Shown piece after piece: positions 28,474 to 43,525 of a stretch of 64,000 bases of DNA (positions within the stretch are counted from its first letter, which is position 1; every line of letters begins with the position of its first letter). The DNA comes from Octopus vulgaris (Eukaryota). Both the position numbers and the translations under genes were made by a program. Location: the NCBI GenBank assembly GCA_951406725.2, contig OX597817.1, positions 1,178,001 to 1,242,000 on the forward strand. Direction: 5' to 3'. The notes beneath the pieces were generated by a model. The model saw only the letters and a program-made list of their open reading frames with translations. It ran no database searches and was not told the DNA's origin.

Positions 28474-29229
28474 TGAGAGAGATATATGTATGTATGTATG
28501 TATGTATCTATCTATACATACATACACATACATACATACATGCATATGTAATCTGTCTGTTTGTTTGTATGTATGTATGTGTATGTATGTATGTATGTAA
28601 GTCGGAATGCATTTGTGTATGTATGTGTGTAGTTATGCTTGTATGCATGTCTATACGGATGTTTTAACGGTACTGATTGGAGTTTTAGAGTTTATTTTGA
28701 CAGGCCACCTGCTCAGAGGCATGATTGCAAAGAAAATATAGATCGGTTTTATAAAAAGTAACCTGTCTTCTTTTAGTCATCCTAAAAGTCATTCACACTG
28801 TAAATAGATTTTGGAAAGTCTTAATAAATTTTTTTATTCTCCTGGATATTGCAATCATCGGTAGAGTACAAATTTTGGAGAAACATTCTTGTCTCAGTGA
28901 CCCAAGATCAACTATACTATGATCCAGGTGGCTCGGTACATATCCTGTCGCTCTAATAATAATAGTTATAAAGTTCAAATGGTATTTTAGCTCCTGGAAT
29001 TGCAAGCTTCTCATTAAATGTCCGTAGATGCCTTCTTTCTCCTGTATTTTTCTAACCAGATTGATGTCTGGTGAGCAGTCACAGAGAATGTTTTTATTTT
29101 GTGGTCTCAAAGAAAAAATATCAGGCCGATTGCACTATAATGTAGTTATAAGAGAGAAGTATTATGCGGGTGTATGTATATATGTACATGAGTGTATATA
29201 TATGTATGTACGTCTGTCTGTCTGTCTGA

Positions 29230-29284
<55 letters not shown>

Positions 29285-29653
29285 AATATCTGTCTAGCTA
29301 CCTATCTGACTGTCTCTCTTTTTGTCTTTCCATGTGTCTGTCCGCTTTTCTGTTTATGTGTGTCTATCTGTCTGTCTGTCTGTTTGTAGTCTGTCTGTTC
29401 GAAAGGTCATCCGACTGATTCACTAATTAAAGCGCAAACCCCATGAAATATAGATTTTCCGTTTCCTTTCCAGCTCCATCTACAAATACTGCAATAGATT
29501 CTGTTTCCGAACTAATAGGTTGCTTAACACCTCAATGTCTTTCATCATCTTAAACGTATCTTACTCTTTCAAGTTTACATTCAATATTTGGCTCTATACT
29601 TTCTTCCTAGAATTGAGACCATACGAAAACTCATCCTTGTTCATATATTTTGT

Positions 29654-30040
29654 AGGAGTGACTGTGTGGTAAGTAGCTTGTTTACCAACCACATGGTTCC
29701 AGGTTCGGTTCTACTGCGTGGCACCTTGGGCAAGTGTCTTCTACTATAGCCTCGGGCCGACCAAAGCCTTGTGACTGGATTTGGTAGACGGAAACTGAAA
29801 GAATCCCGTCATATATATGTATGTATAAATATATGTGTGTGTATATATTTGTGTTTGTCCCCCTCCCCCCAGCATCGCTTGACAACCGATGCTGGTGCGT
29901 TTACGTCTCCGCAATAGAGCCCGATAGAATAAGTACTAGGCTTACAAAGAATAAGTCCTGGGGTCGATTTGCTCGATTAAAGGCGGTGCTCCGGCATGAC
30001 CGCAGTCAAATGAGTGAAACAAGTAAAAGAGTAAAAGAGA
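29654..30040 (+). mobile_element. SINE family B copy
   Basis: Full head, body and tail ending ...GAAACAAGTAAAAGAGTAAAAGAG. Confidence 0.88.
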
Positions 30041-30456
30041 TATTAAACTACAGAAGTTCATATTGAACGCCAATCAACCTCACCAATCTGTGTTTTGTGT
30101 GTATTTGTACGTGGGTGTTTGTATATATGTATATTACATATGTTACACATCAACACATAGGCAACAGTATAATACTAACATCGTTGTAGGGTTTTCCCGT
30201 GACAAGGTCTAACTTCGGTGGGGATTCTTGTGATTGAGTAGCCCTTTTTAGGAAGATTTCTAGGAAGGTGCTAGATAAAGTGCACTGAACATTGCTTGTT
30301 ACATCGATACAGTAGAAATTCCAACCTTCGTTTGTTACTGATGCTTCAAACCATACAAATCTGCGGCAAGACCGAATAGTCATCGTAGACGTCATGGACC
30401 GAAAGTAAAAAATGCCATTGACAATGAGGACCACAAAGAGATGGAACAATAACCCC

Positions 30457-30517
<61 letters not shown>

Positions 30518-30560
30518 TAATAATAATAATAATAACAACAACAACAACAACAACAACAAC

Positions 30561-30620
<60 letters not shown>

Positions 30621-30621
30621 T
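30457..30621. repeat. (ATA)n/(ACA)n microsatellite
   Basis: Directly visible. Confidence 0.95.
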
Positions 30622-30637
30622 ACGTTTATATATTTGT

Positions 30638-30850
30638 TTTGCAAGATTTTTGATGTGAAGTCGTGTGTTGAAACAGATATTGTTATATTTCGGAATGGTC
30701 ATTTTGCCAGTTTAGCCAATAAAAACACACGCACTATATATTTGGTGTTACTTTGCTTCAGCGTTATTTATTTTTTACATTAATCTTAATCTAATTTCGG
30801 CCAGAGTTCTTTCGTCACACTCCTGTGACCGCATCAGTGCTCCTTTGCCT
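30638..30850 (-). mobile_element. TA-flanked repeat family Z with an HHR-like motif (30799-30843)
   Basis: Near-identical to 46874-47075. The minus strand reads CUGAUGCG-GUCACA(GGAG)UGUGAC-GAAAGAACUC. Confidence 0.7.
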
Positions 30851-31295
30851 TATATATATACTTATATATATACCATCCCGAAATATATCAATTATAATCT
30901 TATTGACTTCTCTTTAATAGAATCTGTTTATCATTCATGGGAACGTCTACAGGCCGACTTTAAGCCTTGTGAGTGGATTTGGAAGACGGAAACTGAAAGA
31001 AACCCATTGTAGGCGTGCGCGCACATGTGTGCGTATGTGTGTATGCTGTAATTTCTTATGTCAGCAGATTGTCCACTCGCTTCTCGCCTTCGAAGACGTT
31101 TGAGACAAACAAAAGATTATTTGTAAAAACAAGTAAGGAAAAGGTATTTTGATTATCCGTACTGCACTGATCGCCGGGATGTCGTAATACGCGAATAACT
31201 AGACGTGAGGTGCCAGCCTCGACAACCACACACACACACAACACAGGCACATAACACACACACATATACACATACACACATGCATACATACACAC

Positions 31296-31403
<108 letters not shown>

Positions 31404-31873
31404 TATATATATATATCTGTGTGTGCGAATGTGTATATGTGTGTATGCATATGTTAGAAATAGCGCCCAGATCATCATCTAATCACACAAACATATACTG
31501 CCAGAAAGATACAAACAGACCGACAGACACTGACACACACACACACGCACAAACTCACACGCACGCATACACACGCATATGCGCACACTAACGCACATAT
31601 CTCTCTCTGCACTTAACGGATGTTTGTCCAGCAAACGAAAAAGCCACCACTTGATCGTTTAGTTTACTAGATATAGCAATTAATCGTCTCGAAGTAACAC
31701 ATCATTGTCTTTAAGCTTTATTTTGAGAAAGAAATGTGGAGTGCTGTGCTATAAACATATATACAATGTTTCAACAGGTAAACAGACGGTGTAGTCACGG
31801 CTGGAACTCCACTTTTACTGAATGGTACTAAAATCAACAACAACGTATGGATTGCATTTATATATGTATTTTG

Positions 31874-32330
<457 letters not shown>

Positions 32331-32369
32331 AAAAATACTGAATTTAGTTTAATATTTTCCAAGAGAGTA

Positions 32370-32565
32370 ACATGCCGAGCAAAATGCTTAGCGGCATTTC
32401 GTCCGTCTTTACGTTCTGAGTTGTTTGAGTTCAAATTCCACCGAGGTCGACTTTGCCATTCATTCTTTCCAGGTCGATAACATAAGTACCAGTTAAGTAG
32501 TGGGGCTGATGCGATTGACTTACCCACTCCACTGAAATTGCAGATGTTGTGCCAAAATTGGAAAG
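32370..32565 (+). mobile_element. SINE family A copy
   Basis: AAATGCTTAGCGGCATTTCGTCCGTCTTTACGTTCTGAG...GAGGTCGACTTTGCC. Confidence 0.78.
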
Positions 32566-33479
32566 TAACATTTTCCAACAGATCCAGTCTTCTATTTAAG
32601 AACAGATTCTTTTCATTATCTCCTCCCAAAACTTCAAAAAACACTCATAAACACACAAACATAGCAACAAGCCAAATTACGTGAAAAATGAGCAGTTATC
32701 CATCATCATTAGCAAATACTTAAAATGTGAGAAATTAAATAATCAAAAAAACAGAGAAAAGAAAAAAACAGGAAAAAACCCATAACATTATCACTAGTAA
32801 AAAAGCAACAACAACAAAACAAATCACATAGCAATTTGGATACGTTTATAGAATGATAAAAAGACCCTGGGGACTTTGCTAGTGCAAGAATATTTTACGT
32901 TGGTGGGAGAGGATGATTATATGAGGGTATGGGGGAAGTGGGAGGAGGAATGCTTTTCTTAATTTTTCTGTCCCAAGATTAAAGAAATTTATGCAAAAAT
33001 CAAACCCTAAAAAATCTCACAGGGTTTTAAATCTTTCCTTTAATAGTAATGATAGGGATAGGGGTGGGGGAAATAAAATGTCACTTGCTAATCATAGGAA
33101 TTATCATCGGTACCATCATCATTACCAGTGGCATCGCTATCATCGTCGTCCTCCTCCTCCTCCTCCTCATCATCATCATCATCATTACAATATTATTATT
33201 ATAAATTGCATCTTCGTGCCTCCTCCTACCTCACAAAAATTAAATTAAATTAATAAAATGGTCTGCATGAGTATGTGCAATAATTTTATTACTATCATCA
33301 TCACCATCATCATCTTCATCACTACCGCCGCCACCGCCACCTCCACCACCACCACCACCACCACCACCACCGCCATCATTGTCATTTTGTTGTTATTATT
33401 TTGTTGTTAATATTGTTCTTTTTCATGTTATTATAAAAGGTGAAAGAGAAAATCAAGAGAGAAAGAGAGAGAGAGAGAT

Positions 33480-33516
<37 letters not shown>

Positions 33517-34191
33517 ACAGGAGAGGAAAAAGATCAATTAATTTGATTGAGCTCTCCACTCTCTGCCCGTTTTTGAAATAAACAAATCATCCATTATTGA
33601 ACAGTTTGCTCACGACATTTATCGGCCGTCTTTCTGTTCCAAGGCGGTTCATTTCAAATCTTTACCTGGAACATTACGTAATCAACATCCGTTTTCAAAA
33701 ACTCTTTCTTCCGCCACAAGCGAGCCATCGGCTTTGAGATTTCAAAATAATTATTCCAAAGTATATGGTTACAGAACATTTGTTGTTGTTGTTGTTTTCG
33801 TCGTTGTTCTTGTTTTTATTGTTGTTACTGTGTTGTTGTTGTTGTTATTGTTGTTTAACATTATGTCAGCGTTGATCGGAAAGTCCTATTATCAAATGTA
33901 CTTTCCGCCTGTTTTTCATTCTGTCCTTCCTTTTATTTACTTATTCAATGTTCATAAAAACGATGTTAGCGTGTGATTTGAAGGCGAGTTGGTCGCTATT
34001 TCATGCAAAGTGAAAAAACAACTTAGAGGTTCCATTGTCGCCGCGATAGAAGAGTCGTATTAGGGGGAGGATAAGATGCAAGCGGATAAAGGGAAGTTAT
34101 TTTGGACAAGTGCACACTCAAGTACAAATACTTCTAAATGGGGGTTGTTGAATAGATAAGAGATAGAAAGACAAGAAATAGTTGGAATAAT

Positions 34192-34623
34192 ATTCTTTTC
34201 TACTCTAAATACAAGGCCCGAAATTTTTGGGGAGGGGGCCAGTCGATTAGGTTGACCACAGTGCGCAACTGGTACTTAATTTATCGACCCCGAAAGGATG
34301 AAAGGCAAAGTCGACCTCGGCGGAATTTGAACTCAGAACGTAAAAACAGACGAGATATCGCCAAGCACTTCGCCCGGCGTGCTAACGTTTCTTATTTCTT
34401 TATTGCTCACAAAGGTCTAAAAGTAGAGGGGACAGACAAGGACAGACAAAGGGATTAAGTCGATTATATCGCCCCCAATGCGTAACTGGTACTTATTTAA
34501 TCGACTCCGCAAGGATGAAAGCAAAGTCGACCACGGCTGAATTTGAACTCAGAGCGTAACGGCAGCCGTAATACCGCTAAGCATTCCGGCTGGCGTGCTA
34601 ACGTTTCTGCCAGCTCACCGCCT
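34192..34623 (-). mobile_element. Two nested SINE family A copies
   Basis: The second copy begins at about 34391 after CGTGCTAACGTTTC. The outer degenerate TSD is ATAGTTGGAATAATATT / ATAGCTGCAATAGTATT. Confidence 0.82.
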
Positions 34624-35022
34624 TTATAGCTGCAATAGTATTAAGATGCTAATATTCAAAATGTATCATATAACTTTAATACTTAATAACAATAAGATCC
34701 TAAGTGCACCCCGTCGTACTGATGCACGTCTTGGTTCAGATGAAACACGAGCAGTTCATGCCGAAACTTCCGTGTTCACGGTGAGTGCCACGAGATCAAG
34801 TATATCGCTATTTTTCTTTTTTGACATATGATAATCTAAAATCTACTTCAATTTAAAATATATTTACAATTATCTTATACAACGTATAATTAATTTCTTA
34901 ATTTAAAATATTTATACCCTACTCTGTTACTACGAGTACATAATGAAATCAAAAGTAAATTAACAGTTGTTGAGACTTAGTAGCCAACCTTCCGAAAAGG
35001 GTTGTGAATCGTTACTCTAAAC

Positions 35023-35181
35023 CAGCGCTCCGCAACCTCTTTTTCACATCGGCGTCACACTTGAGCTAAAAATATAACTCAAAGTATGAGGAAAAGAATT
35101 ATGTTCGGGTTAAAATACAGCCCGACCAATAGCGTATCGTGGCACACTCGTGTTCCGCGGCATCCCGGTCGCGGAGCACTG
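35023..35181. mobile_element. hAT (Charlie-like) MITE
   Basis: TIRs CAGCGCTCCGCAACC and GGTCGCGGAGCACTG. The 8-bp flanks CTCTAAAC and ATGTACAC are 5/8 identical with a central TA, as in Charlie-type targets. Confidence 0.65.
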
Positions 35182-35325
35182 ATGTACACTACTATGCAGT
35201 AATAACATGTACGTAGATATATGGCTATATTTATCTTTTCAAAATTGTGATAAAGTAACGAGATCCCATTGTCTTTTCTTTGTGAATGGGTAGTGAAGAT
35301 CAAGTGTTAAGAATCTGTTCTTAGG

Positions 35326-35556
35326 AAGGTGGCGAGCTGGCAGAAACCTTACCACGCCGGGCGAAATGCTTAGCAGTATTTCGTCTGTCTTTACGTTCTG
35401 AGTTCAAATTCCGTCGAGCCCGACTTTGTCTTGCATCCTTTCTAAATCGATAAATTAAGTACCAGTTATGCACTGAGGTCGATGTAATCGACTTAATTCC
35501 TTTGTCTGTCCTTGTCTGTCCCCTCTATGTTTAGCCCCTTGTGGGCAATAAAGAAA
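35326..35556 (+). mobile_element. Full-length SINE family A copy with an 18-bp TSD
   Basis: TSD TAAGAATCTGTT(C/T)TTAGG at 35308-35325 and 35557-35574. Confidence 0.9.
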
Positions 35557-36583
35557 TAAGAATCTGTTTTTAGGGATTATTACTGAGAGCAAATTCGTAA
35601 AGTTAGCATTCCAAATATTCTGGACAAACATTCCTGGCTAAAATTCATGTTTAGTACTTATAGATCATATTGAATGAAGTTAGGACCAATAGTTACTGCA
35701 CTGGATGTAGTAGGTTACAGCTCAGAGTTAGCATTGAATATGACCACTAAACATTTACCTATTAACTGGGACAGTTGATGCCTCTCAATTGCAATGTGTT
35801 CTTACTTTGGCTGCATGATTACTGTTGTTACCCAACAAATCTTTAACTGCAATTTCAAAACCTCCTTAATTCATTTTTAATTATGCTTTTGATAAAGGAT
35901 GACAAACATACTTAGAATAAACACAGATATATAATGCTTAAAAGGGGAAAAAAAGTATTATAACCGGACACTCTGAAAAAATATTAAGATCATATACTCA
36001 AGTAATCAACGATAGCAAGTATTAAGATAAGTCTCCTGAATAATTTTGTTTAAGTACCCAAAAGATTACATTTCCTGGGTGTATAGTCAATGGAAAGAAC
36101 CCTGTATATAACTGTTAATTACTCCATCGACTCCTAAAGAAATGAAAAGTAACCTCAACACCAACGAGATTTGAAGAAGAACGAAACTAAATACTGTATT
36201 CCATTTTATTCTTGCGATCTAATGTTTCAGCTAATTAACCAAAGTGATTACTCAGAAGAATTGCAAAATAAAATAAGCGGGATGAAACCTTGACTAATGT
36301 AATGGAAGTTAAATGGTTGGACGCAATTTTAATGCGTTGAGTATTAAAAGCCAAGACAAAATAAAGTAAGTTTTATATATAGACAGGAGGAAAATATAAA
36401 CTAAAATAATATTACTAATATTATCTTTCATCAACAAATATACAAGGAAGAATTCTGGACGTTTCATCCTGGTTTGGGTGGGGTGGAGGAGGCTTCATTG
36501 GAAATGTAATCTCACTGTAGCCGCCAAGTGTTGGAGATTGAATCACTAACTAAATATACAAAACTGTATATTTGCGGGTATTT

Positions 36584-36586
<3 letters not shown>

Positions 36587-36647
<61 letters not shown>
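36587..36647. repeat. (AG)n microsatellite
   Basis: Directly visible. Confidence 0.95.
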
Positions 36648-36651
<4 letters not shown>

Positions 36652-38404
36652 TTGTTTAAAAATTCAACAGTTTTCGGGTGCCATCTGGTTGATAAATGAT
36701 AGTCAAGTAGGTAAAAGCATTTTTAATGCCAGAAAAGATTAAAATAAAAAAGCTAAAGTAATGTAAGATATATGGTGAAAAAAAAAGATTCCTTGGTAAC
36801 TCACCGCTGTTTTTTATGGGCAAGTACGGGAGATAACTCTGCACGGTTTACTTTTATTTGGAATAATCACATTTCTGTCGCTGCCGATATGTTTGTTTTT
36901 GATTGACTCACAAAGTAAATGCATAGATTTGTGGATCTTCTGGAGTAGCGAAAGAGAGAATCTATGAAAATTAAATAATTCTCACGCACTATCACTAACC
37001 CGTATGATGACTGAATGTGTAAAAGTATTCGAAATGATTGGAATATATATATAAAAAAAAAAATCTGAGCTCCAAAAGATTTAGTGAAATTATATCAGTA
37101 ATTATATCTGAATATTCTATATTTAACGTCTTACCTCCATACTATGATTTCGAATTCAAGTGAAATTAGCAAAAATGCTTAGTATTCACCTGGGATGTAA
37201 GTACCAAACTCGTACTAGTGTCCTTTGAAATGGCTGTGCAGTATCCTTGTTTGCCAAAGTTGAATAAAATAAAACAGGATCCATCTATTAGTGTAAGGGC
37301 ATGAAATAAAGGTAAAAATAAAGGCAAAAATAAAGGCAAAAATAAAGGCAAAAATAAAGTTATTTGTTGTTTAATATCATATCAACCCAGTGTTATGCTT
37401 AGTGCCACGCCATATCTCGGATCAAAGACATTCTAGCCATGACCATAGCGTTAATCTCTGAGGAATTGCGTGCCTAAGACTGCGTTACTCAATGCACACT
37501 AGCCTTGTGTTCATTCTGTTGTAATCTTTCGGACCAGGTTTCCATTGTGGCAATATCAATATCTTCCCCTTCCCTCGAAAACCCTTAAAAAAGGTCACAA
37601 GCGTCTTTCCTTCCCTGACGAAGCTATAAAACAAAGAATACGGTTTCATTTGAGGACGCTTGATTGACTATTATTTCTAGCAGGTCGTGAGATCGCGTTT
37701 AAGGCCACTCGCTGATTGGTATTTATTAATTATTATTTTTTAAATAGAATTTGAGGCCTAATCAAATTGTCTTTGGCAAAAATCAGGATCAGAAATAAAA
37801 ACTGTTTCGGGTGGAACGTTGGTCAGAGGTGAGAATGTCTCCATTCGACTCCCCTTCATGACTCAATGACTCATAAAAATAATTCTCTTTCAATTGAATT
37901 CCACATAAAATAAGTTGCAAATAGAGAACAAGTTACGAATTCTATAAAGAATTAAACGAGGAAGCTCACACAAGCTGGTTGAGTCAAAGAAGAAGGCTTC
38001 TATATGGTCACTTAATATGCTAAAAACAGCAGCTAAATCTCATCAAATCTTAACCTATAAACATAAAAGGAAAGAAGGCTATATCTGATAACGTGCTCTT
38101 AGATATAGTGTGTCTGAAGATAGAAAGATAGCATGATGACAGCTGGAACACGTCTGACCATGGGTCTGCTCTATCGAGGCTGCTCTGCGGTTAATCATCA
38201 CCACCACCACCACCACCACCACCACAGCCACCACCATCATCATCGTCATCGTCGTCGTCATCATCATCATCATCATCATCAACAACAACAACAAAAAGAA
38301 CAACACCATCAAAAACAACAAAAACAATATCAAAATCAACATATAAGTTTTAGTTTTTTTTTATCATTATTCATTTATTTATTATTTTGTATTATTTACT
38401 TTGC

Positions 38405-38935
38405 TGTCGAGCTGGAAGTACTGTTAGAAAGTCGTGGAAAAAATGCAACTTTGCCATGTTTTTCTGGCTCTGAGTTCAAATCTTGTTATGGTCATCTTCC
38501 CTTTTCATCAATGCAGGGTCAACTGCTAGTCAAGTGTTGCGATTGATGATATCAACTATCTCACACGTGTCCTTAATGCCAAAATCAGAAACCTTCATTA
38601 ATTTTGTTGTTTTGCTACATAATCATGCTTATGTCTATTTGTTTCTTTTTCAGATTATTATTTCATTTTTTGGGTGATGTACTCGCAGAATCGTTAGAAC
38701 CTTGATCAATATCCTGTGTTATTTGGTTCAGCCCTTTACATTTTCTGTTTAAACCACTTGAAGGATATCTTTGCTTTTTATTACTGTGGAGGTCGATAAA
38801 ATAAAGTACCAAGCAAATTCTTAGAATAATGGTATTGATTAACTCCCTTCCCTTACAACTGCTGCCCTTGAGCCTAAATTAAAGTAAGGACTGGCAGAAC
38901 CGTTTGAGCGACAGAGAAAATGCCACGTGGCATTT
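38405..38935 (+). mobile_element. Highly diverged SINE family A remnants
   Basis: CGAGCTGGAAG...TCTGAGTTCAAATC and GGTCGATAAAATAAAGTACC. Confidence 0.55.
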
Positions 38936-39079
38936 ATTTCTACTTTTCTCTGTTTCTCATTCTAACCTTCTCCCTCTTTCTCTTTCTCTCTTTGCAGTTT
39001 GGAATTTTAAGTCGATAAAAATATTTTGTATTCAATTGTAATCGCTTTTATTAAATTTATCAAATTGTAAATATATATA

Positions 39080-39390
39080 TGTATATATATAAATAGATAA
39101 GTGGTACAACAAGGCACCAATATTTACTGGAAAATAGCAATCGATACAAATACGACGTAATATACATAGATATCCACCATTGAAGAGTCTGAAACCGGTC
39201 CTGCATTATCCGATTCTAGGTTGTTCATTTATCGAATGTTCTTCCTAGGGGTAAGGCAAATTTTTCATATTTGTTGCACACACAAACATCTTTGCTAGTA
39301 AACACGCAGTGAAGCTATACAATAGCGTCGTATTTGTATCGACTGCTATTTCCAGTAAATATTGGTGACTTTATCTATTTTTATATGTAT
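39080..39390. repeat. Inverted repeat (39115-39157 and 39326-39367) in a TA-flanked segment
   Basis: CACCAATATTTACTGGAAAATAGCAATCGATACAAATACGACG versus CGTCGTATTTGTATCGACTGCTATTTCCAGTAAATATTGGTG. Confidence 0.8.
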
Positions 39391-39445
39391 AATTCTACCT
39401 TTATGGGGCTTTATTTTACTGGAAATTAATACATTTGTACTGCAT

Positions 39446-39476
<31 letters not shown>

Positions 39477-42400
39477 CTTATCCAAACCACCACATCTTCA
39501 ACAACGACAACGACGAACGGCGACACCACACCTCTACCATTCCCATCAACACCAACACCAGCACTTCCACCACCGTTATCATTGAGCTTCGGGTTTTGAA
39601 AACATTTCACTTTTATCAATTTGAAAATTCAAGAAAAACTATATACAAGTTTTGGAAAACAAACAACTTTGATTCGGTATTTCCATTCCTTAGTTCTAGA
39701 TGATTTGATACAGAGGCCAATTTAAAGAACTTTCGTAGTGGGGATGCTGTCAGGCATTTGGTTCCATGGTAGAGGCACAACTGATGAAACGACAGAAGCC
39801 ATCTGTTTACCCTTGCCACAACAATATTGTTGATTCAAATCGTGGGTGTTCGCTGGCGTCTGAAGTTGCATCACGTACATCTGAAACGATGTGGGGAAGA
39901 AGGAAGAGCAGTCGAGCTGATGCTAAACTTTTGCACCTTTTGCACTCATTTTAACCGGGATAACTGTACCGAGGGTGGCCATGTTGATGTAGAGTTTTGT
40001 TTTAGTTCTTTTTAGTTATTATTTATTCATTTGTTAATCTGTGGAGTAAGGACAGAACCCGTGTCGCTTCTCTCTATGAGTCCTCTGTTTCTGGGTAAGA
40101 CATCTACGATAGACCAGACCAACTCACCCTCCTACGCCAAGATGAATCGTATTTCGAATTCATTTAAAGTATTCTTAAAACTGAGATTATTCCAATCCCA
40201 ATAAACTTTTCTTCGAGCCTGAAAAAACAAAGCAAAAATATATTTGCACTATTTTCCTTATTCACCCTTTTACGTCATCTAAGGCTGGGCATTTGGATTC
40301 CCTTCTGTCCCTAACAATGTTAATTTAGCCCGTCCAACGGAAGCTCTTAGGCACGCACGCGCGCACACAAGCATGCACACACACACACATACACACACAC
40401 ACATTTGCACTTAGATACATACATACATTCATAGATACATACACACATTCATGCATACCTACATACATTCATACATGCATACATACGTACATACAAACAT
40501 ACATTCATACATGCAAGCATGATGTGTCTATGTCTCAAAAATGGAAACAAAGTGAGAGCAGGAATATGGCATCTGTTGTCTACCAGCTCATAGGTCTTGT
40601 GTCCAAAATATAATAATCGTTTCGTTGTGTATTCGATAGTACATTGAATTATATGTCTCAGTTTAAGAAATATTGGAGAACATGTACCATGAGGGTGAGG
40701 GTATCAATATAGACAAAAGGTGCCGGTCTGAAGGGCTTGCAAAGGTAATAATTAAAAACATTCTATCAAAGCATAGGCATTTTATTGCTTACATGCATGA
40801 CATAAAACTGCAGTTAAGTAGTAATCCTTAAAAGCTCCTCGTTCCTTAGGAAACGTTTACATTTATGTTACATTTATACTTTAACGCAATTCTCAAGAGA
40901 GAAATATGTGTAGTTAGATCCAAAACATAATAAGATTAATATTTGTGGCAGTTCCTGGTGGAAGTTTTCGTGAATTTGCTAATTATATCGACAGGATTTC
41001 CACCGGTTCTGTGAATCATTCTCTTTGAATTCCTCGCACGAAAACTAGTCCCACAGAAATCTGGACTAATATATAGAAAATAGACGACATAGAGTATTAT
41101 TTTATTTCAGGTCTAATAAATTTTATTCATAGTATGTTAAACAAGTGTCTTTTACAATGTAAAAGAATAGGTTTATTACTTTAAAAAATCAAGACCGTCT
41201 ATAGAACGCCGGACACAGTGCTTTCTGCTATATAATTATATTTAATTATGGATCTTTACATTTTAAGTTCAGATCACACCGAATTCGAATTTGTTACTCA
41301 TCCTTTCGGGTCGATAAACTAAATGTCAGTGAAGAATTGGGATCTGTTTTATCGACTATGATCTAACAGTGTTTTTCTTTATTTTGGTGGAACTCTGTTC
41401 CAAGCTCAGACGTCAAAAATATATTTATTCTTGCTTCAGTTCCTGATTATCTCCATTCTTTGTATTCTAAGTTCAAATTCTATTTGGGGTTCGTAAAATA
41501 GTTAATAAATGTACCGATTTTAACATTTCCATATGTTCTGGTGGTTTATTCAGCACCTTTAACCCGTTTGGTGGTCACCATTACTGGTGGGAAGAAGTTA
41601 TCCTTCGACAAAAGACTTGACACGGATGTTTGCAACAAATTATATTCCACTATATGTATCCAGGAACCAGATACCATATAAAGCCGGGCAACAAATTCTA
41701 ATCAGCTGCCTCATCGAATTACTTTGACTAATCGTCTGCACTCACGCTAAACAAATGTTCAGATTTGTAATACTGCAAGAAATTGTTACTAGAGTTATTA
41801 GAAACGGTGAAGCACAAAACAATGTCTGTGCCTTACAGAATTTACTTTCATCCCTCCAGATTATGAGAAGAAATCTCCCCTGAATCAGCTTTAACTTATT
41901 GTAACTTAGCACCTGTAATCATGTACTGGTGTTAGGTACATGTATTAAATTACTTCCTACAACTTTGTGACCTTGTACCAATGCAAAAAGGATAATTTTT
42001 GCTGTTATTATCGTTTTAGTTAATGTTCAAGAATAAATTTAGTCGAATAATATAGTTACAGACCACCAAACGAAAGGCGAAATATTCCAATCCCATGTCC
42101 AATATAGTTTTTATTTTACATTCGTTTCAATCTCGATACATAAATAAAAATTAAAATTGCAAAATCATATTGATAGCAGACACACTTGACAGAATGCCTA
42201 CAGACACCACACTCTGTTTAATAGAAACAGTCCAAAAGTTAACTATAGCTGCTCAAGAAATGAAAGAAAAGATACGCAATGCAAGTTATAAACAACCATA
42301 TATTTAGAAGCACGAAGCCCACCGCCGAAATCAATTACAGTTATAAAGGATCGAAGCTGAAAATTACATAAAAAATTTACAAGGCAATAATGTCGTAGGA

Positions 42401-43382
42401 GGAACAAAATGATAAAAAACAAACAAAAAAAAAACAACAAAAAACGAAAACTATATCAAACACCTTGCGGAATATTCAAAATCAAATATACATAACGCAA
42501 ACCTGCTACGCATTATCTACCGAAGAAACGGTACGTCTTTGTCGACATGCATTTGGGATTTAAGAGGGAAAATATATTATGAATATAATATAAAGTGCAC
42601 AGTAATAGACTGTGTAACCTCTTTTCTAATATGGTCCTTTAGGTGGTATCTTGTTGCAGACACTAGACAATTCACTGTGAAAAACTAAACCGAACTGCAA
42701 ACAGAGTAAATATATAAAAATGCATCAATAGAAGTAAAGAAAGTAGAGGTGCAACAATCAGCAGAACAACAAAACACTTTTACCTAGGAAAACAAAGATC
42801 TTTTAGAAACGTGAGATATAAAATGCAGAGCCTCTAACTGAGTACATTAAAAACGTTTTGGCAAATTAAGATATAAAATAAAACTTAAGCAATACAAGAT
42901 ATGAGTAACATAATTAACAGGAATATACATAGCAAATACCAACCTATCTATGGATAAGCAATGAAGAAATAAACAATTCTGACAAAACAGGATATGATTA
43001 CACAACAGATAGGTAGAAACAAAACTAAAAGTGAATTGGCTAATGTGAAACGATATCTAGGCAAAATAAGTTCCAGAAAAAAAATTCAGTATAATAGAAT
43101 TTCGAAAACAAATTTGTTAAAGACCACACACACCAATAAAAAATAGCAACACATACCAATGAAAAGGGTTGAGCTAACAACGAATTCATAAATAAGGCAT
43201 ACATAACAAATAGACGACACTTTGCTCTAACAACGTTAGAAACAAACCAATGGAGACGATGGCCGGAGACACATGAACGAACATGTTGTATATGAAATTA
43301 TTACAACAAAAAGAAAAGAGTTCTCGCCTGAAGATCACAGTAGCATAAAACTTGAGTCGCGAGAAAAAGAAAGGATGTACTC

Positions 43383-43461
<79 letters not shown>

Positions 43462-43525
43462 GGAGTAAACACATAAATGTGAAACAAGGTGGAAAAAAGA
43501 GTACTCAAATACCAGTGGTAGAGTA

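Noticed and set aside
30150-30456. Possible R4/Dong-like LINE 3' end before (TAA)n
   Set aside because: Only a faint RKVL-like match, which is insufficient for a call.
34718-34757. CUGAUGC...GAAACACG as a hammerhead
   Set aside because: There is no NUH cleavage triplet or stem III/I closure.
39700-39960. Possible ancient mariner remnant (also 59720-60030)
   Set aside because: The motifs are too degraded to support by eye.
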